Source: Candidatus Hydrogenedentota bacterium (lineage in GTDB: Bacteria; Hydrogenedentota; Hydrogenedentia; Hydrogenedentales; SLHB01). Taken from it: DNA of 64,000 nt. The position numbers were made by a program, and so were the translations under genes. Location of the stretch: the NCBI GenBank assembly GCA_963668025.2, contig CAXXTH010000010.1, positions 1,152,001 to 1,216,000 of the forward strand. The letters run 5' to 3'. Shown piece by piece: positions 18,616 through 29,178 of the stretch. Under the pieces are notes generated by a model. It had not been told where the DNA came from, made no database searches, and was given only the letters and a program-made list of their open reading frames with translations. The stretch's first letter is position 1. Each line of letters opens with the position of its first letter.

Positions 18616-19271
18616 TCGAGTTGGAAGAAGTCCGAAAAACGTACTTGCTGGGCGGGACAACGGTCAAAGCCTTGGACGGAGTGAGCCTCATCATCCAAGA
18701 AGGAGAGATGGTGGCTATCACGGGTCCATCAGGCAGCGGCAAATCCACGCTTATGCATATTTTGGGCTGCCTGGATGTGCCAGATTCAGGCATGTATCGC
18801 CTTGCGGGAGAAAATGTAGCCGGGCTTAACAGCGACCGGCTTGCCGAGATCCGCAACCGGCGAATTGGCTTTGTATTCCAGACTTTTAATTTACTGCCCC
18901 GGCTCAGCGCTCTCGAGAATGTCGAGCTGCCGATGCTGTACGCACATAATCATGACGCCAAGGAGCAGGCCGCCGATGCGTTGAAGCTGGTGGGCCTTGC
19001 CGAACGCATGGGCCACGAGCCCTCCAAGCTTTCTGGCGGCCAGCGCCAGCGCGTTGCTGTCGCCCGGGCCATTGTGACCAATCCATCCATTATTCTGGCC
19101 GACGAGCCAACCGGAAACTTGGATTCACGAACCGGTGAAGAGATTTTAGAGTTATTCGATCAACTGCATGAACAAGGTCGCACCATCATTATCGTGACGC
19201 ATGAAAAAGAGGTCGCGGATCGATGTGGACGTTCGATAATGATTCGCGACGGGCAGATCGTAGAGGGTTGA
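18612..19271 (+). CDS. MacB/LolD-type ABC transporter ATP-binding protein
   Basis: TTG start overlapping the adaptor stop. [38 protein letters not shown]. Confidence 0.92.
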   Translation: MIELEEVRKTYLLGGTTVKALDGVSLIIQEGEMVAITGPSGSGKSTLMHILGCLDVPDSGMYRLAGENVAGLNSDRLAEIRNRRIGFVFQTFNLLPRLSALENVELPMLYAHNHDAKEQAADALKLVGLAERMGHEPSKLSGGQRQRVAVARAIVTNPSIILADEPTGNLDSRTGEEILELFDQLHEQGRTIIIVTHEKEVADRCGRSIMIRDGQIVEG

Positions 19272-19283
19272 CGGAGGCCGCGC

Positions 19284-20492
19284 ATGTATTTCCTCGTGTT
19301 ACTAAAAGTGGCTATATTCAGCCTGGTGGCCAACAAGCTGCGCTCTTTTCTGGCCGTGCTGGGCGTCATTATCGGCGTGGGAGCCGTTATCGCCATGCTG
19401 GCTATCGCGGCGGGCGCAAAGGCCCAAGTGTTGAGCAGCATTTCCTCGATGGGCACGAATCTCCTGGTTGTACGCCCCGCCCAGCACGGCACGGGCGGCG
19501 TCATGACCGGCACCCAGCAAAATCTTACCATTGAAGACGCCCAAGCTATATTGAAAGATGTGCCGGGCATCGTGCAGGTTTCGCCGGTGGTGCAAAACCG
19601 CGCCCAGCTTAAATACTATGAGAAGAACACGGGCACGCAGGTGATTGGCGCTTCTTCCCCTTATCTGCCCATCCGCAGCTTCCAGCTTGAAAAGGGCCGC
19701 CTTTTCAGCGATTCCGAGGAATCCCAGATGGCCAAAGTGGCGATCATTGGTCCCGTCACGGCGGAAAACCTGATGGGGAAGGAGAATCCCATTGGTGCGA
19801 CCATCAAAATAAATGGCATCAATTTCCTGGTGGTTGGCGTTACGAAATCCAAGGGCGATCAAGGCTGGTTCAATCCGGATGATACGGCCATCATCCCTTA
19901 CACCACCGCCATGAAACAATTGTTTGGCCTGGATTATCTGCGCGAGATCGACATTCAATGTAAAGACCCTGAAGATCTCAATACCGTCCAGGATGCCGTC
20001 ATTGCGTTGATTCGCCAGCGCCACCGAGTCCAGCCGGATATGCCCGATGATGTCGAAATTCGTAATCAGGCGGATTTATTAAGCACGGCTTCCTCGGTCA
20101 CGCAGACGTTCACCATATTGCTTGGGGCTGTCGCGGGAATATCGCTTCTCGTTGGCGGCATCGGGATCATGAATATCATGCTGGTGACGGTTACCGAGCG
20201 CACCCGCGAGATCGGCATCCGGAAAGCCATCGGCGCGAAAGACCGGGACATCCTGCGCCAGTTCTTGTTCGAGGCCATTCTGATGAGCGGCCTAGGCGGG
20301 CTCATCGGCGTGGGGGCGGGCGTGGGGGCCGCCAAGGCTATCGCGAGCCTGACGAATTTCTCGACAGTGTTGCAAGTGCAGAGCATTGTCATGGCAATGC
20401 TGTTCGCCGCTTCCGTGGGCGTATTTTTTGGGTATTATCCCGCACGCCGCGCCGCGCGGCTGAATCCTATAGATGCATTGCGCTACGAATAA
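19284..20492 (+). CDS. MacB/FtsX-family ABC permease
   Basis: NKLRS.L..LG.IIGV.AV, GGIGIMNIMLV.V.ERTREIG.RKA.GA, PA.RAA.L.PI.ALRYE. Confidence 0.95.
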   Translation: MYFLVLLKVAIFSLVANKLRSFLAVLGVIIGVGAVIAMLAIAAGAKAQVLSSISSMGTNLLVVRPAQHGTGGVMTGTQQNLTIEDAQAILKDVPGIVQVSPVVQNRAQLKYYEKNTGTQVIGASSPYLPIRSFQLEKGRLFSDSEESQMAKVAIIGPVTAENLMGKENPIGATIKINGINFLVVGVTKSKGDQGWFNPDDTAIIPYTTAMKQLFGLDYLREIDIQCKDPEDLNTVQDAVIALIRQRHRVQPDMPDDVEIRNQADLLSTASSVTQTFTILLGAVAGISLLVGGIGIMNIMLVTVTERTREIGIRKAIGAKDRDILRQFLFEAILMSGLGGLIGVGAGVGAAKAIASLTNFSTVLQVQSIVMAMLFAASVGVFFGYYPARRAARLNPIDALRYE

Positions 20493-20535
20493 CGATCCGG
20501 GCGGAAACGTGTTTGCCCGGCAGATAGGAGAGCAT

Positions 20536-22284
20536 GTGAGAATCGGCATTTTGACGTTTTGCGCGGGTTTGGCGGGTATAGGCGGCATGCTGGCTGGCTG
20601 CGCCACTATTGAAGCGCGCCCCACATCCGCTATTCCTGAAATCGCGGCGGCCCCGCCGGCGGGTGCGGCTGAACAGGCATCGCCTCCGGCGCTTGAATCG
20701 CCACCGGTGGAAAATCCTGCACCTAACGCCGATGCGCCAGAAACGCCTGCTCCGCTCTCGGCAACGATTGAGGAAGCCATTGTAATCGCGCTGGAGCACA
20801 ATCAAAGCCTTCGCGTGCAGGAGGCGAATCCCTCCATCTCTGCTACCTCCGTGGCGCAACAGCGCGCGGTATTTGATCCCACGTTCTCTGCGGCTTATTC
20901 GATGACTTGGGAGCGGGTGACGCGCGATCAGTTGATACAAACCACGTTGGATTGGACAAACTCGGGTGTGGGTATTTCGCCGGATATCACTGCATTAACA
21001 CCCGTCAAGACAATGGCCAAAACGCGAATGGAAGAAGGCAGCGCCGGGATCAGCCAGTTTTTCCCGACAGGCACGGACGTGAGCATGTCCATCGGCCCGA
21101 GCCGCACCAAATTACGCAACCACTCTTCCTACCCTGAATTAACGAGCGGCACGGATACGGACCAGAAAAACACCAGCATTATGGTGTCCGTGACCCAGAA
21201 CCTGTTGCAAGGAGCTGGATTAGGCGTCAATTTGGCCAGTATGCGCCAGGCGCGCCTGGACGCCGCTTCCTCGGAGTATGAGCTGCGCGGCTTCGTCGAG
21301 GATTTGGTCGCGCAAGTCGAGAAGGGCTATTGGGACTGCGTGCTGGCCCAGAAGCAGATCGCCATATACGAAGATGCGCTTAGTGTGGCGCAACGGCAGG
21401 CGGATGAGATTGAAGAGCGCATCCGCATTGGGCGGGAAGCGGAAACGGAACGCGCCGCAGCCCAGGCGGAAGTGGCCCAGCGGCGCGGTTCGCTGATTGA
21501 CGCCCGGGGCGCTTATGATAAAGCGCGCCTGGCGCTGCTGCGCCTTTTGAATCCCACGGAAGACGCCCTCCGCACGGCCAATATCGAATTGAAGACCACT
21601 CCAGTTACGCCGGAAATCCCACTTGACGCCATAGATGCGTCGGTGGAGCTTGCCCAGCGCATGAGGCCTGATCTCAATCAAGCGCGTTTGCAAATTCAAC
21701 GCGACGGCCTAGAAATCGTAAAGACGAAAAACGGCTTGCTGCCCCAGCTTGATCTCTTCCTTTCTCTCGGTAAAGACCTTAACCATACCGAATACACGGA
21801 TTCGTTTCTGTCGGGCAGCCGTACGCCGCGCGATAACCGGATGTCCACGCAGGTGGGAGTGGAGTTCAGTTATCCCATTGGCAACCGCGCCGCGCGGGCG
21901 CTCGATGAGCGCGCCCACTTGGCGCGCAGCCAGGACTGGGATGCCCTTGCCAATATGGTCCAGCTCGCCGAACAGGATGTCCGCACGGCGTATGTTGAAC
22001 TGCGCCGCGCGAAAGAGCAGATCGCCGCCACTGCCGCCACGCGCCGCTTGCAGGAAGAGACGCTTCAAATTGAGACGGAGAAACTCCGCCTTGGCCGTTC
22101 GCCGGTTCTCCTGGTCGCCCAGGCGCAACGCGATCTCCTCACGGCCCAGATCAATGAGGTGCAAGCCCAAACGGATTATCTAAAAGCGATTGTGGACCTC
22201 TATCTATATGAGGGCACTTTGCTTGAGCGCCGGGGCGTATCGTGTCCGGGAAGCGAACCGGTGGAGCTGGCGCGGCAGGAATAA
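20536..22284 (+). CDS. TolC-family outer-membrane efflux lipoprotein
   Basis: GTG start after AGGAGAG; lipobox LAGC; two OEP repeats (AL..N..L, RPDL, LLP.LDL). Confidence 0.88.
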   Translation: MRIGILTFCAGLAGIGGMLAGCATIEARPTSAIPEIAAAPPAGAAEQASPPALESPPVENPAPNADAPETPAPLSATIEEAIVIALEHNQSLRVQEANPSISATSVAQQRAVFDPTFSAAYSMTWERVTRDQLIQTTLDWTNSGVGISPDITALTPVKTMAKTRMEEGSAGISQFFPTGTDVSMSIGPSRTKLRNHSSYPELTSGTDTDQKNTSIMVSVTQNLLQGAGLGVNLASMRQARLDAASSEYELRGFVEDLVAQVEKGYWDCVLAQKQIAIYEDALSVAQRQADEIEERIRIGREAETERAAAQAEVAQRRGSLIDARGAYDKARLALLRLLNPTEDALRTANIELKTTPVTPEIPLDAIDASVELAQRMRPDLNQARLQIQRDGLEIVKTKNGLLPQLDLFLSLGKDLNHTEYTDSFLSGSRTPRDNRMSTQVGVEFSYPIGNRAARALDERAHLARSQDWDALANMVQLAEQDVRTAYVELRRAKEQIAATAATRRLQEETLQIETEKLRLGRSPVLLVAQAQRDLLTAQINEVQAQTDYLKAIVDLYLYEGTLLERRGVSCPGSEPVELARQE

Positions 22285-22336
22285 ACCAGCGCTTGTTTTT
22301 GGGCTGTCGCCAGTTATGTTTGTGGCCAAGAATAGT

Positions 22337-23932
22337 TTATCTGAATTCGAGGCCGAATATCTCGGCTTCTTTCAGCTCGAACCGCAGCACCACATCTTCT
22401 TCAGGCGCGAGGCCCAGATCGTTCTGTTCTTTCCAGCACACGGGAGTCCAGTGTAAATCGCCAAACAAAAGCGCGGCGTTCTCCATCTCCCGTCCAGGAA
22501 TCACCTCGCCGGTTCCGCGATACGCAGCTACGCGGATATATCCCGCCCGCCGTGTTTTTGCGTTGATGTACAAGCGCTTGCCCGGAGGCAGCACGGGGAT
22601 GGTTTCGAATTGCCCTGACTGCTCCGCTTTGAGCGATATCAAGCGTCCTTGCGGCCACCGCGCATACCCTGTCTGGCGCTCCGCTTTGCTGCGGGGATAC
22701 TTGTGGGGCACGTTGAATCCAGTGTATGGCATCACCCAGTCGCCGTTGGGTAGTTCCGTCAAATTAGGATGGGTATAGATGCATCCGCCGTTCCACTGGC
22801 CGAATGTTCCGGTTTCCAGCACCGGTTCTTGCGAGGCGTATTGCCACAATAGGCCGTCATGGCTTGTTGCCAAGGCGATCCAGGTCTCGTCGTGGTGGCA
22901 CAAATCCCATACCGCGGGGAACATCAGATGGTGTTCAGGCGCGCCGGGAATGGTGGTGTAGCAGTTTGTGTATAACACTTCTGATGGACGCATGGCCGGA
23001 CTGGCCTGCAAGGCTACATCCGGCAAGGGGAAATGATCAAACCGTTTGCTCCTCATGATGCCCACCGACCGCCGCGCACTGCTCACCATGTCGATTGCCG
23101 AATACGGCCGGCCTCGTTCCGAGCGGGGCAAGTCCGCGTAATCCCGGGTATAGAGCACATATTCGCCCAGATTTGCGTTGAACGTGCAGATCAATTGGGT
23201 GTCGCAATGGGTGATCACCAATGGCGTATCATGCTCCCGCCAAGTGATCCCATCGGGAGAAACCGCGCCACGCACCCCCATGATCAGATTCACATCTTCG
23301 CGAAACGCCCGGGCGTCTATATCTTCCGGCCAGCGTTCCTGGTAGCGCGCCACCTGTTCCGGCGTCCATGAATAACACTCCGCGACGAGTTTATACCGTT
23401 CCTCCGGCGCTCCCACGGGATCGCGAAACACGGAACAGCCTCCACCAATGAAGCAGGAGGTCTCGAACACGATGTTGTTTTCTTTCGATGAATCATGCTC
23501 GAACTGCCCGCATTTGGGGGCGCGCCAATGATATCCGTCATCCGATTCCCGGTAGGTGATGTAATGATTTGGCCGCTGGCCCGGCTTGAAGATCTGTAAA
23601 TCGCCCCAGCCCGTGGCAATCCACGCCCGGTATAGTCCGTCATCCCGCAACAACGCGCCCATGGCGCCCTCGCGTTCCCAAGGTTCATCCAATTGCAACA
23701 CGTTTTCCGCGGTTTCCGCAGGATACGTTTTTAAGCGAATCCCCCAAGGATTGCACGCCGCTGGCTGGAGTTTAGCATCATATGGCCCTTCATCGCCCAC
23801 CACGGTCACATCATCACCCGCCGCATTGCGCCACCGCGAGGAACCCTGGCTTACAAAGAAATAGTTTGTAAAAACGATGCGGTTCCCCAGCAGCTCATAA
23901 GGAACGCCTGAAGTTCTTTTTCTTGCGCACAT
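22337..23932 (-). CDS. Hypothetical protein, probable five-bladed beta-propeller glycoside hydrolase-like
   Basis: Repeated S.DG..W (Asp-box-like) motifs, RYK, DT..., LA.S.DG..W, and a C-terminal L.INA...G.I.V beta-sandwich. No signal peptide. Confidence 0.6.
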   Translation of the reverse strand: MCARKRTSGVPYELLGNRIVFTNYFFVSQGSSRWRNAAGDDVTVVGDEGPYDAKLQPAACNPWGIRLKTYPAETAENVLQLDEPWEREGAMGALLRDDGLYRAWIATGWGDLQIFKPGQRPNHYITYRESDDGYHWRAPKCGQFEHDSSKENNIVFETSCFIGGGCSVFRDPVGAPEERYKLVAECYSWTPEQVARYQERWPEDIDARAFREDVNLIMGVRGAVSPDGITWREHDTPLVITHCDTQLICTFNANLGEYVLYTRDYADLPRSERGRPYSAIDMVSSARRSVGIMRSKRFDHFPLPDVALQASPAMRPSEVLYTNCYTTIPGAPEHHLMFPAVWDLCHHDETWIALATSHDGLLWQYASQEPVLETGTFGQWNGGCIYTHPNLTELPNGDWVMPYTGFNVPHKYPRSKAERQTGYARWPQGRLISLKAEQSGQFETIPVLPPGKRLYINAKTRRAGYIRVAAYRGTGEVIPGREMENAALLFGDLHWTPVCWKEQNDLGLAPEEDVVLRFELKEAEIFGLEFR

Positions 23933-24271
23933 GCAGTATTTCCTTCCATATAACGAATTCTAGATTGCCTTGGCTGGCCCACACAGGGGGCGTTACTGCC
24001 TCTAGAAGCACAATGTATCAAAATTTGTTTAAAATGTCACCTAAAATATTACATATGTTGCATTTTGGGGTGAATTATGAACAGATTAAGCGATTGTCCG
24101 TGATGGTTTTATGGGCAAATTTGAGATATACTCAATTGTTGAAAGCGGATGAATCCGTTTCATCTTTTAAATCGGAGGTAGGATATTCGTTCCATGTGCC
24201 CTGGCAATGCTTATCGAGATACTGTGCCTGTTATGCGGCTTCACCGTTATGAACACTCGCAACGTGTGGAA

Positions 24272-25096
24272 ATGGACCGTCTTTTTCCGGGATTGCCAGA
24301 GCGTTTGCCGGTAATCGAACTCATTGAATTCCGCCAGTGGGATGTTGTCCGCAAGCTACCGCGCCATACGCACGACAATGTGTTTCACTTGGATCATTTT
24401 CTGGATGGACAAGGCACGTACATGATCGATAACCGCCTTAACGCTATCGAGAAGGGGGTGTTTTATTTTGTGCCGCCGCATGTGCCTCATCAGCTAAACG
24501 TGGCGGAAACAAGCAATCTAGCCCATTTATCGATAAAGTTCATTTACCCAGGCCTGGATGCCAGGTTTCTACCCTATTTTTTCGCCCCTGAACCCGAAGT
24601 CGCCCGGCGTGTCCAAGCCACCTTGCGCGCGGCTGCGAATCTACTCTTTGATGATGAGCGCAAACTGTTGATCGCCACCTTAATGCTTATGCAAGCCCTC
24701 GTTGATCTCCATCGCGCTGCTCAGGAAACAGGTGAAACCACGGGCGAGCATATCCGTATTGTCGCCGCAAAGCACTTTATGGAGGAGCATTTCACCCAAC
24801 ATATTACGCTTGATGACATCGCCCAAGCGGCGGGAGTGGGGGGGCCTCACCTGTGCCGGGTATTCAAGAAAGAGACTAGCCAGACGCCCTTCGAATTCTT
24901 ACGAAAAATCCGGCTCGATTGCGCTAAATATTGGCTTTCCCAGACGGATGAAAAGCTCGCCGATATCGCCGTTTACACTGGTTTCGGGTCTTCCCAAGAA
25001 ATGAACCGTGCGTTTCGGAAACTGGAAGGCATGAGCCCCAGGCCTTTCCGGTATCTTGTCACCGGAAATGGCGGCCCCTCCGAAGAGGATGAATAA
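24272..25096 (+). CDS. AraC family transcriptional regulator (cupin + HTH)
   Basis: H.H cupin and P..PH; L..IA...G....HL.R.FK; IA...GF......R.F.K..G.SP..FR. ORF open from 24194. Confidence 0.93.
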   Translation: MDRLFPGLPERLPVIELIEFRQWDVVRKLPRHTHDNVFHLDHFLDGQGTYMIDNRLNAIEKGVFYFVPPHVPHQLNVAETSNLAHLSIKFIYPGLDARFLPYFFAPEPEVARRVQATLRAAANLLFDDERKLLIATLMLMQALVDLHRAAQETGETTGEHIRIVAAKHFMEEHFTQHITLDDIAQAAGVGGPHLCRVFKKETSQTPFEFLRKIRLDCAKYWLSQTDEKLADIAVYTGFGSSQEMNRAFRKLEGMSPRPFRYLVTGNGGPSEEDE

Positions 25097-25123
25097 GCCA
25101 TAATAAAGCCTTCGGCGATGCTC

Positions 25124-27472
25124 TTATGGTTCAATCGAGATGGTTTCGCCTTCGAGCAGGGACAAAAGGAGCATATCGCCTTCATACTTCATGGAAGCGT
25201 ATTTCCCTTGCACGGGCGCATTTGCTGGCGCATTCGGAAGGTAGGCGCGGGGTTGTATGCGTACGGATGTATCCGCGGTGGACATGAGGCGAAGCACGCC
25301 GCCATCCCATCGCAGCATCACATTAGCGGCATCCGGTGAAGTGAATGCGAATGAAGGGCTTTCGTACGCCATATTGCCTATGAACAGCGCGTTTTCATGG
25401 CGATAGACATATCCTGTCTCGATGGGCGTATCGGCGCGGTCGACCCATATCCAGCCGCCCTCGTTACCCGCTGCGATGAATTCACTTAGAAAACGCAAGC
25501 CATATGCCAGAGGTTTTACGCCATGTTCAGGAGTGCCGTCATCATAGAAAATCCCTAGGCGGGATTCTTTAAGCACTTCCTGCTGGTTGTCCCATGGGAG
25601 CCAAGTCATTTGGGTGTGGGCATTACGCACGGAGATGTCGTTCAACATCCACTTGGCGCAGCCGCCATATCCTTTTGCGAATGCATAAAGATAATGCAGT
25701 AATTCGCCAAGGGCGCTGGCATGCACATCGAGAAAGGCGTTTGGGCGTTCATAATAGCTATTGGGGTAGCCGAATTCGCCTAAGCTGATAGGCCTGTCTG
25801 GCCAGCATGCATGCAGGCTGTCCATGGTGCTTAATTGCAGTATCACGCATTCGAAGTTATCCGGCCAGGTGTAACAATGGTGCGAAACGAAATCGAGTGT
25901 TTGGTTGGCGGGCAAGCAATCCCACACGGTGTTGTAGCCTACGGTGAGCGGAACGCCCGGTAAAGCGGCCCTAATAGGATCGCCCGCCCAATGGATCATG
26001 TCCGCATAGATTTGATTGGCATACTCGAAGGCATTTTGCTGATTGGGCTCGGTAGGATACGGTAATGGCCCGCGCAGGCCTGGCAGAGAGGAGCAAAACG
26101 GGTGGGAGAAGATGCCCGCCCAGCTTAGATAAGGAGCCCACCCCAATTCATTTGGCGGGCAGGCGGGCTTGCCATCGCCCATTTTTATGTGGGAAGCCGC
26201 ATCGGTCCACTCGGCGGCCATTTCCCAGAAATACGGTTCATTCTTTAGGTCAAAAGCGAGAAGCACGGGCTCATCCTTGAACGCCAGCGCCATTTTTGTT
26301 GCGCGTTCCTGAAGTGCGCCTTTTTCTTGCTCGCGCTGGCTGCCGGTGACGACGGGCATAAAATAGACGCCGTAACGGCGGCACATTTCAATGAGCAGTT
26401 CGCGGCCAGGACTCTCCAAAAATCGGTCTGGGCCCCAGATGCGGATGAAATTGATGCCGTATTGATGCATCATTTGAAAATCTTTTTCGACTTCTTGAAT
26501 GTCTTGGGCGTCGTATTTTATGTATACGTTTCCCGTGTAATTCGCGCCAATCATGAAGAAGGGCCGTCCGTCTTCATATTCAAAGCGCTTGTGTTCTTTG
26601 TTCAACAGAATACGAGGCGGTGCTGGGGTTGTGATTTCCACCTTGAGTTCAGTTTTTTCGCGATATTGTGAGGCGCATCCTGTTTCCAGACCATCGCGCT
26701 GGGCGGGCTCCAGGCAGGCGCGAAACGCGGTGTCGAACTCGCTGCTTAGGTAGAAGCCGTCTCCCTCGACGCCAAACAGCAGCCAGCGTGAGTCGAGGTA
26801 ATCACCGCCGTAATTGATGAGCAGGCTGGCGGCCAAGCCGCAGCGCCGTCCCGAGGCGTCATACGCGGTTAATAAAGGCATATTCCACGCTTGGCCGGGA
26901 AAGGTGAATCCCACCGCGGAGACGCCGCTGTAGTTTCCTGAAAGCGATATGGGTGAGGTGAAAAGCGATTGGCCAGCGTATGTTCGTATTGCCCGGATAT
27001 CTGGCATATGATAAATCTCGTATTCTTCGAACGCACCATAAAACGGAATAGTGCGTGTTTCCTCGATATGCTTAAGTGGCGAGTCGAAGATGGTGCGGCT
27101 TTGCCATGCGCCATCTATCTGTTTGAGCGGCTGGCTGAAGGCATGGCCGCCGAGCAACACCAAATCGCCTCCTTGCCGCAAGAACGCATCGAGTGCGGGC
27201 CAGGCGTCTAGTGGAAAAGCAGGGCTATAGGGCAACACCAGGCAATCGAACCGGCTGGATGTGAGCATGCCGGGTGCGGTGAGCTGGCCATAAGAGACCT
27301 TTTCAACACCGATGCCTTCCGCGTTGAGAAGGTCCGCGATATGTTGTGCGACGGATGCATGGGCGTAAGGGGAATCATCATATAGCACCGCCGCTTGTTT
27401 CCATGCCGGACCGCCATCGGTTGTCGAAAATAGGCCAGCGAGCAGGCAGGCAATTCCGGTGAGGACAGGCAT
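25124..27472 (-). CDS. Secreted clan GH-A glycoside hydrolase (GH5/GH42-like TIM barrel)
   Basis: Signal-like N-terminus; F..IG.NY, G.N..RIW, DL.NEP (acid/base), DF.S.H.Y, GEFG (nucleophile). Confidence 0.75.
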   Translation of the reverse strand: MPVLTGIACLLAGLFSTTDGGPAWKQAAVLYDDSPYAHASVAQHIADLLNAEGIGVEKVSYGQLTAPGMLTSSRFDCLVLPYSPAFPLDAWPALDAFLRQGGDLVLLGGHAFSQPLKQIDGAWQSRTIFDSPLKHIEETRTIPFYGAFEEYEIYHMPDIRAIRTYAGQSLFTSPISLSGNYSGVSAVGFTFPGQAWNMPLLTAYDASGRRCGLAASLLINYGGDYLDSRWLLFGVEGDGFYLSSEFDTAFRACLEPAQRDGLETGCASQYREKTELKVEITTPAPPRILLNKEHKRFEYEDGRPFFMIGANYTGNVYIKYDAQDIQEVEKDFQMMHQYGINFIRIWGPDRFLESPGRELLIEMCRRYGVYFMPVVTGSQREQEKGALQERATKMALAFKDEPVLLAFDLKNEPYFWEMAAEWTDAASHIKMGDGKPACPPNELGWAPYLSWAGIFSHPFCSSLPGLRGPLPYPTEPNQQNAFEYANQIYADMIHWAGDPIRAALPGVPLTVGYNTVWDCLPANQTLDFVSHHCYTWPDNFECVILQLSTMDSLHACWPDRPISLGEFGYPNSYYERPNAFLDVHASALGELLHYLYAFAKGYGGCAKWMLNDISVRNAHTQMTWLPWDNQQEVLKESRLGIFYDDGTPEHGVKPLAYGLRFLSEFIAAGNEGGWIWVDRADTPIETGYVYRHENALFIGNMAYESPSFAFTSPDAANVMLRWDGGVLRLMSTADTSVRIQPRAYLPNAPANAPVQGKYASMKYEGDMLLLSLLEGETISIEP

Positions 27473-27532
27473 GCGTGTACCTCCTTGCGTTTTTTGCGCT
27501 GAGCCGAGAGTTCAGCCACTAAGAGCATTGTC

Positions 27533-27570
27533 AAATAACACGGCCACGGAGTGTTGCCTCTCCGTGGCCG
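27533..27570 (-). terminator. Intrinsic terminator/attenuator after the PASTA-domain gene
   Basis: Minus strand: CGGCCACGGAG-loop-CTCCGTGGCCG followed by TGTTATTT. Confidence 0.7.
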
Positions 27571-27607
27571 GTTTCCTAACGCGGATATTCATCGGTAACG
27601 GATGGGA

Positions 27608-28900
27608 TTAGCGCCCCATACGCTTGCGCAGCAGGCTCACGCCTGTTCCTACGCAGCTTCCACCGAGCAACACGATACCGAGCAAACCAGCCACGGGCAG
27701 ATCCGAAGAAGCGCTGCCGGTGGAGACCACTAGCGTGACCGTCTCGCCTGCGGCAAGCGCACTGCCGATAGCAGGCTCCGTGCGAATAATCGTACCCGCA
27801 GGTACGGTGTCGCTGGCTTCCTGCTCGACACTGACGACATAACCGGCGTCTTCCAGCGCGGTCGTGGCCTCCGCTTGCGTCATGTCCGACACATCCGGCA
27901 CGGTAGCGCCGCCGCCGCCTTCCAGAACCACGTTATCGAACCAGATAGCCGCCCACTGGCTCATGGTGGTTGTACTAGAGAAATTGATAACGATCTCTAA
28001 ATCCCCCGCTTCCGCCAGAGTGATATTTTCAGTGGGCGTATAATTATATATGGGGGAGCTTGACGTGTGTGTGACCGCGACAGGGGTTCCGGCGTTTCCA
28101 TTCAAATCAAGCTGGACCGAGTAATCGCCATCCCACCACGAGCCGACATCAAAGGATACCGTGTAGTCACCCGCTGGAACATCGCGAATGATCTGCGAGA
28201 TGGTTCCGGCGAGCACATTGCTGGCGCCCGCCGATTTGTTGCCCAAGCGCATGCCGTAAGAGCCCAATGTCCCGCGCGGGGGATCTGCTGCTCCATCCTG
28301 CTCGATAAAGGGACTTGTGGTGGAAGCATCAAAGGCCACTTCCCAGCCCGCGAACGAGCCATGGCTGTTGAACTCGAAGCTGGGATTGGCGATCAGTTCG
28401 CTGCCGATAGGCGTGATCTCCCAATCATCGAGTTGGAGATTGATGCTGGCCTCACTCGTATGCTCGAATTTGATGTTTAGATTGCCGGCCGAGTTAACAC
28501 GCACCGGCACGCCGATGTTTATATAGTTGCCGCTTGGTTCGCAGAGATTATATACAACACTCTCGACGCCGTAGCCGCCATCCGCGCTTATCGTCATTGT
28601 CGTCGATGCATAACCAAACGCCCAAGCCGAGACCAGATACCGGCCTTCCGGCACCCCGGTCAAGGTTTGTTCCGCCGAACCGGTGTGCTCGGTGTCGCTC
28701 CAGAACTTCAGGCATTCCGTGCCGGAATGGCTTTGAGCGGCGATGTTTTCGAAGAATGGGCCGAAATCGCCATCCGATACCGTGATGGTCCATCCGGTCG
28801 CATCATCTTCATATCCAGGATTCGTAATTGTTTGCGACTGCGCGGCGAACGCCGCGAGCAGCCCAGCCGCCAATACGCATAATAGCTTACCCCTCTGCAT
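27608..28900 (-). CDS. Secreted protein: two CBM-like jelly-roll domains + PASTA domain + C-terminal LPVAG-TM-basic sorting tail
   Basis: Signal peptide (AFAAQS); ITNPGYE..W and IANPSFE..W domain starts; PASTA VPDV..MT..EA...L...G...P..G......V.LVVS.G; tail DLPVAGLLGIVLLGG...LLRKRMGR. Confidence 0.8.
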   Translation of the reverse strand: MQRGKLLCVLAAGLLAAFAAQSQTITNPGYEDDATGWTITVSDGDFGPFFENIAAQSHSGTECLKFWSDTEHTGSAEQTLTGVPEGRYLVSAWAFGYASTTMTISADGGYGVESVVYNLCEPSGNYINIGVPVRVNSAGNLNIKFEHTSEASINLQLDDWEITPIGSELIANPSFEFNSHGSFAGWEVAFDASTTSPFIEQDGAADPPRGTLGSYGMRLGNKSAGASNVLAGTISQIIRDVPAGDYTVSFDVGSWWDGDYSVQLDLNGNAGTPVAVTHTSSSPIYNYTPTENITLAEAGDLEIVINFSSTTTMSQWAAIWFDNVVLEGGGGATVPDVSDMTQAEATTALEDAGYVVSVEQEASDTVPAGTIIRTEPAIGSALAAGETVTLVVSTGSASSDLPVAGLLGIVLLGGSCVGTGVSLLRKRMGR

Positions 28901-29178
28901 GACTTTCTCCTTTCTTCTCTCTCCAGTTGATGTGAAAGGAGCTTCCGCTTGTGCGAAAGCACCACTGTTACTAACCAGCCTGGCGCCTCTACGCACCTGG
29001 CCGGATCTCGGCGATGAAATCATTTCTTACATGCTCGTGGTGGAAATCCTCTGGCAACGCTTCTATTTTTGTTGCGGATGCCCGTATTCAATAGTAAAAC
29101 CGCGTGGCGAAGCTCTCAGAGAGGGAGGAGGAGCAAGCTCCGCTTGAAGCATCGCCACGCCTTGGAATAGCTATCGCC

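Noticed and set aside
17568-19271. Apparent novel fusion of a membrane-fusion adaptor and an ABC ATPase (567-aa ORF)
   Set aside because: Removing one G at 18531-35 restores a natural Gly-rich adaptor C-terminus, with its TGA overlapping the TTG start of a separate ATPase; most likely an artefact.
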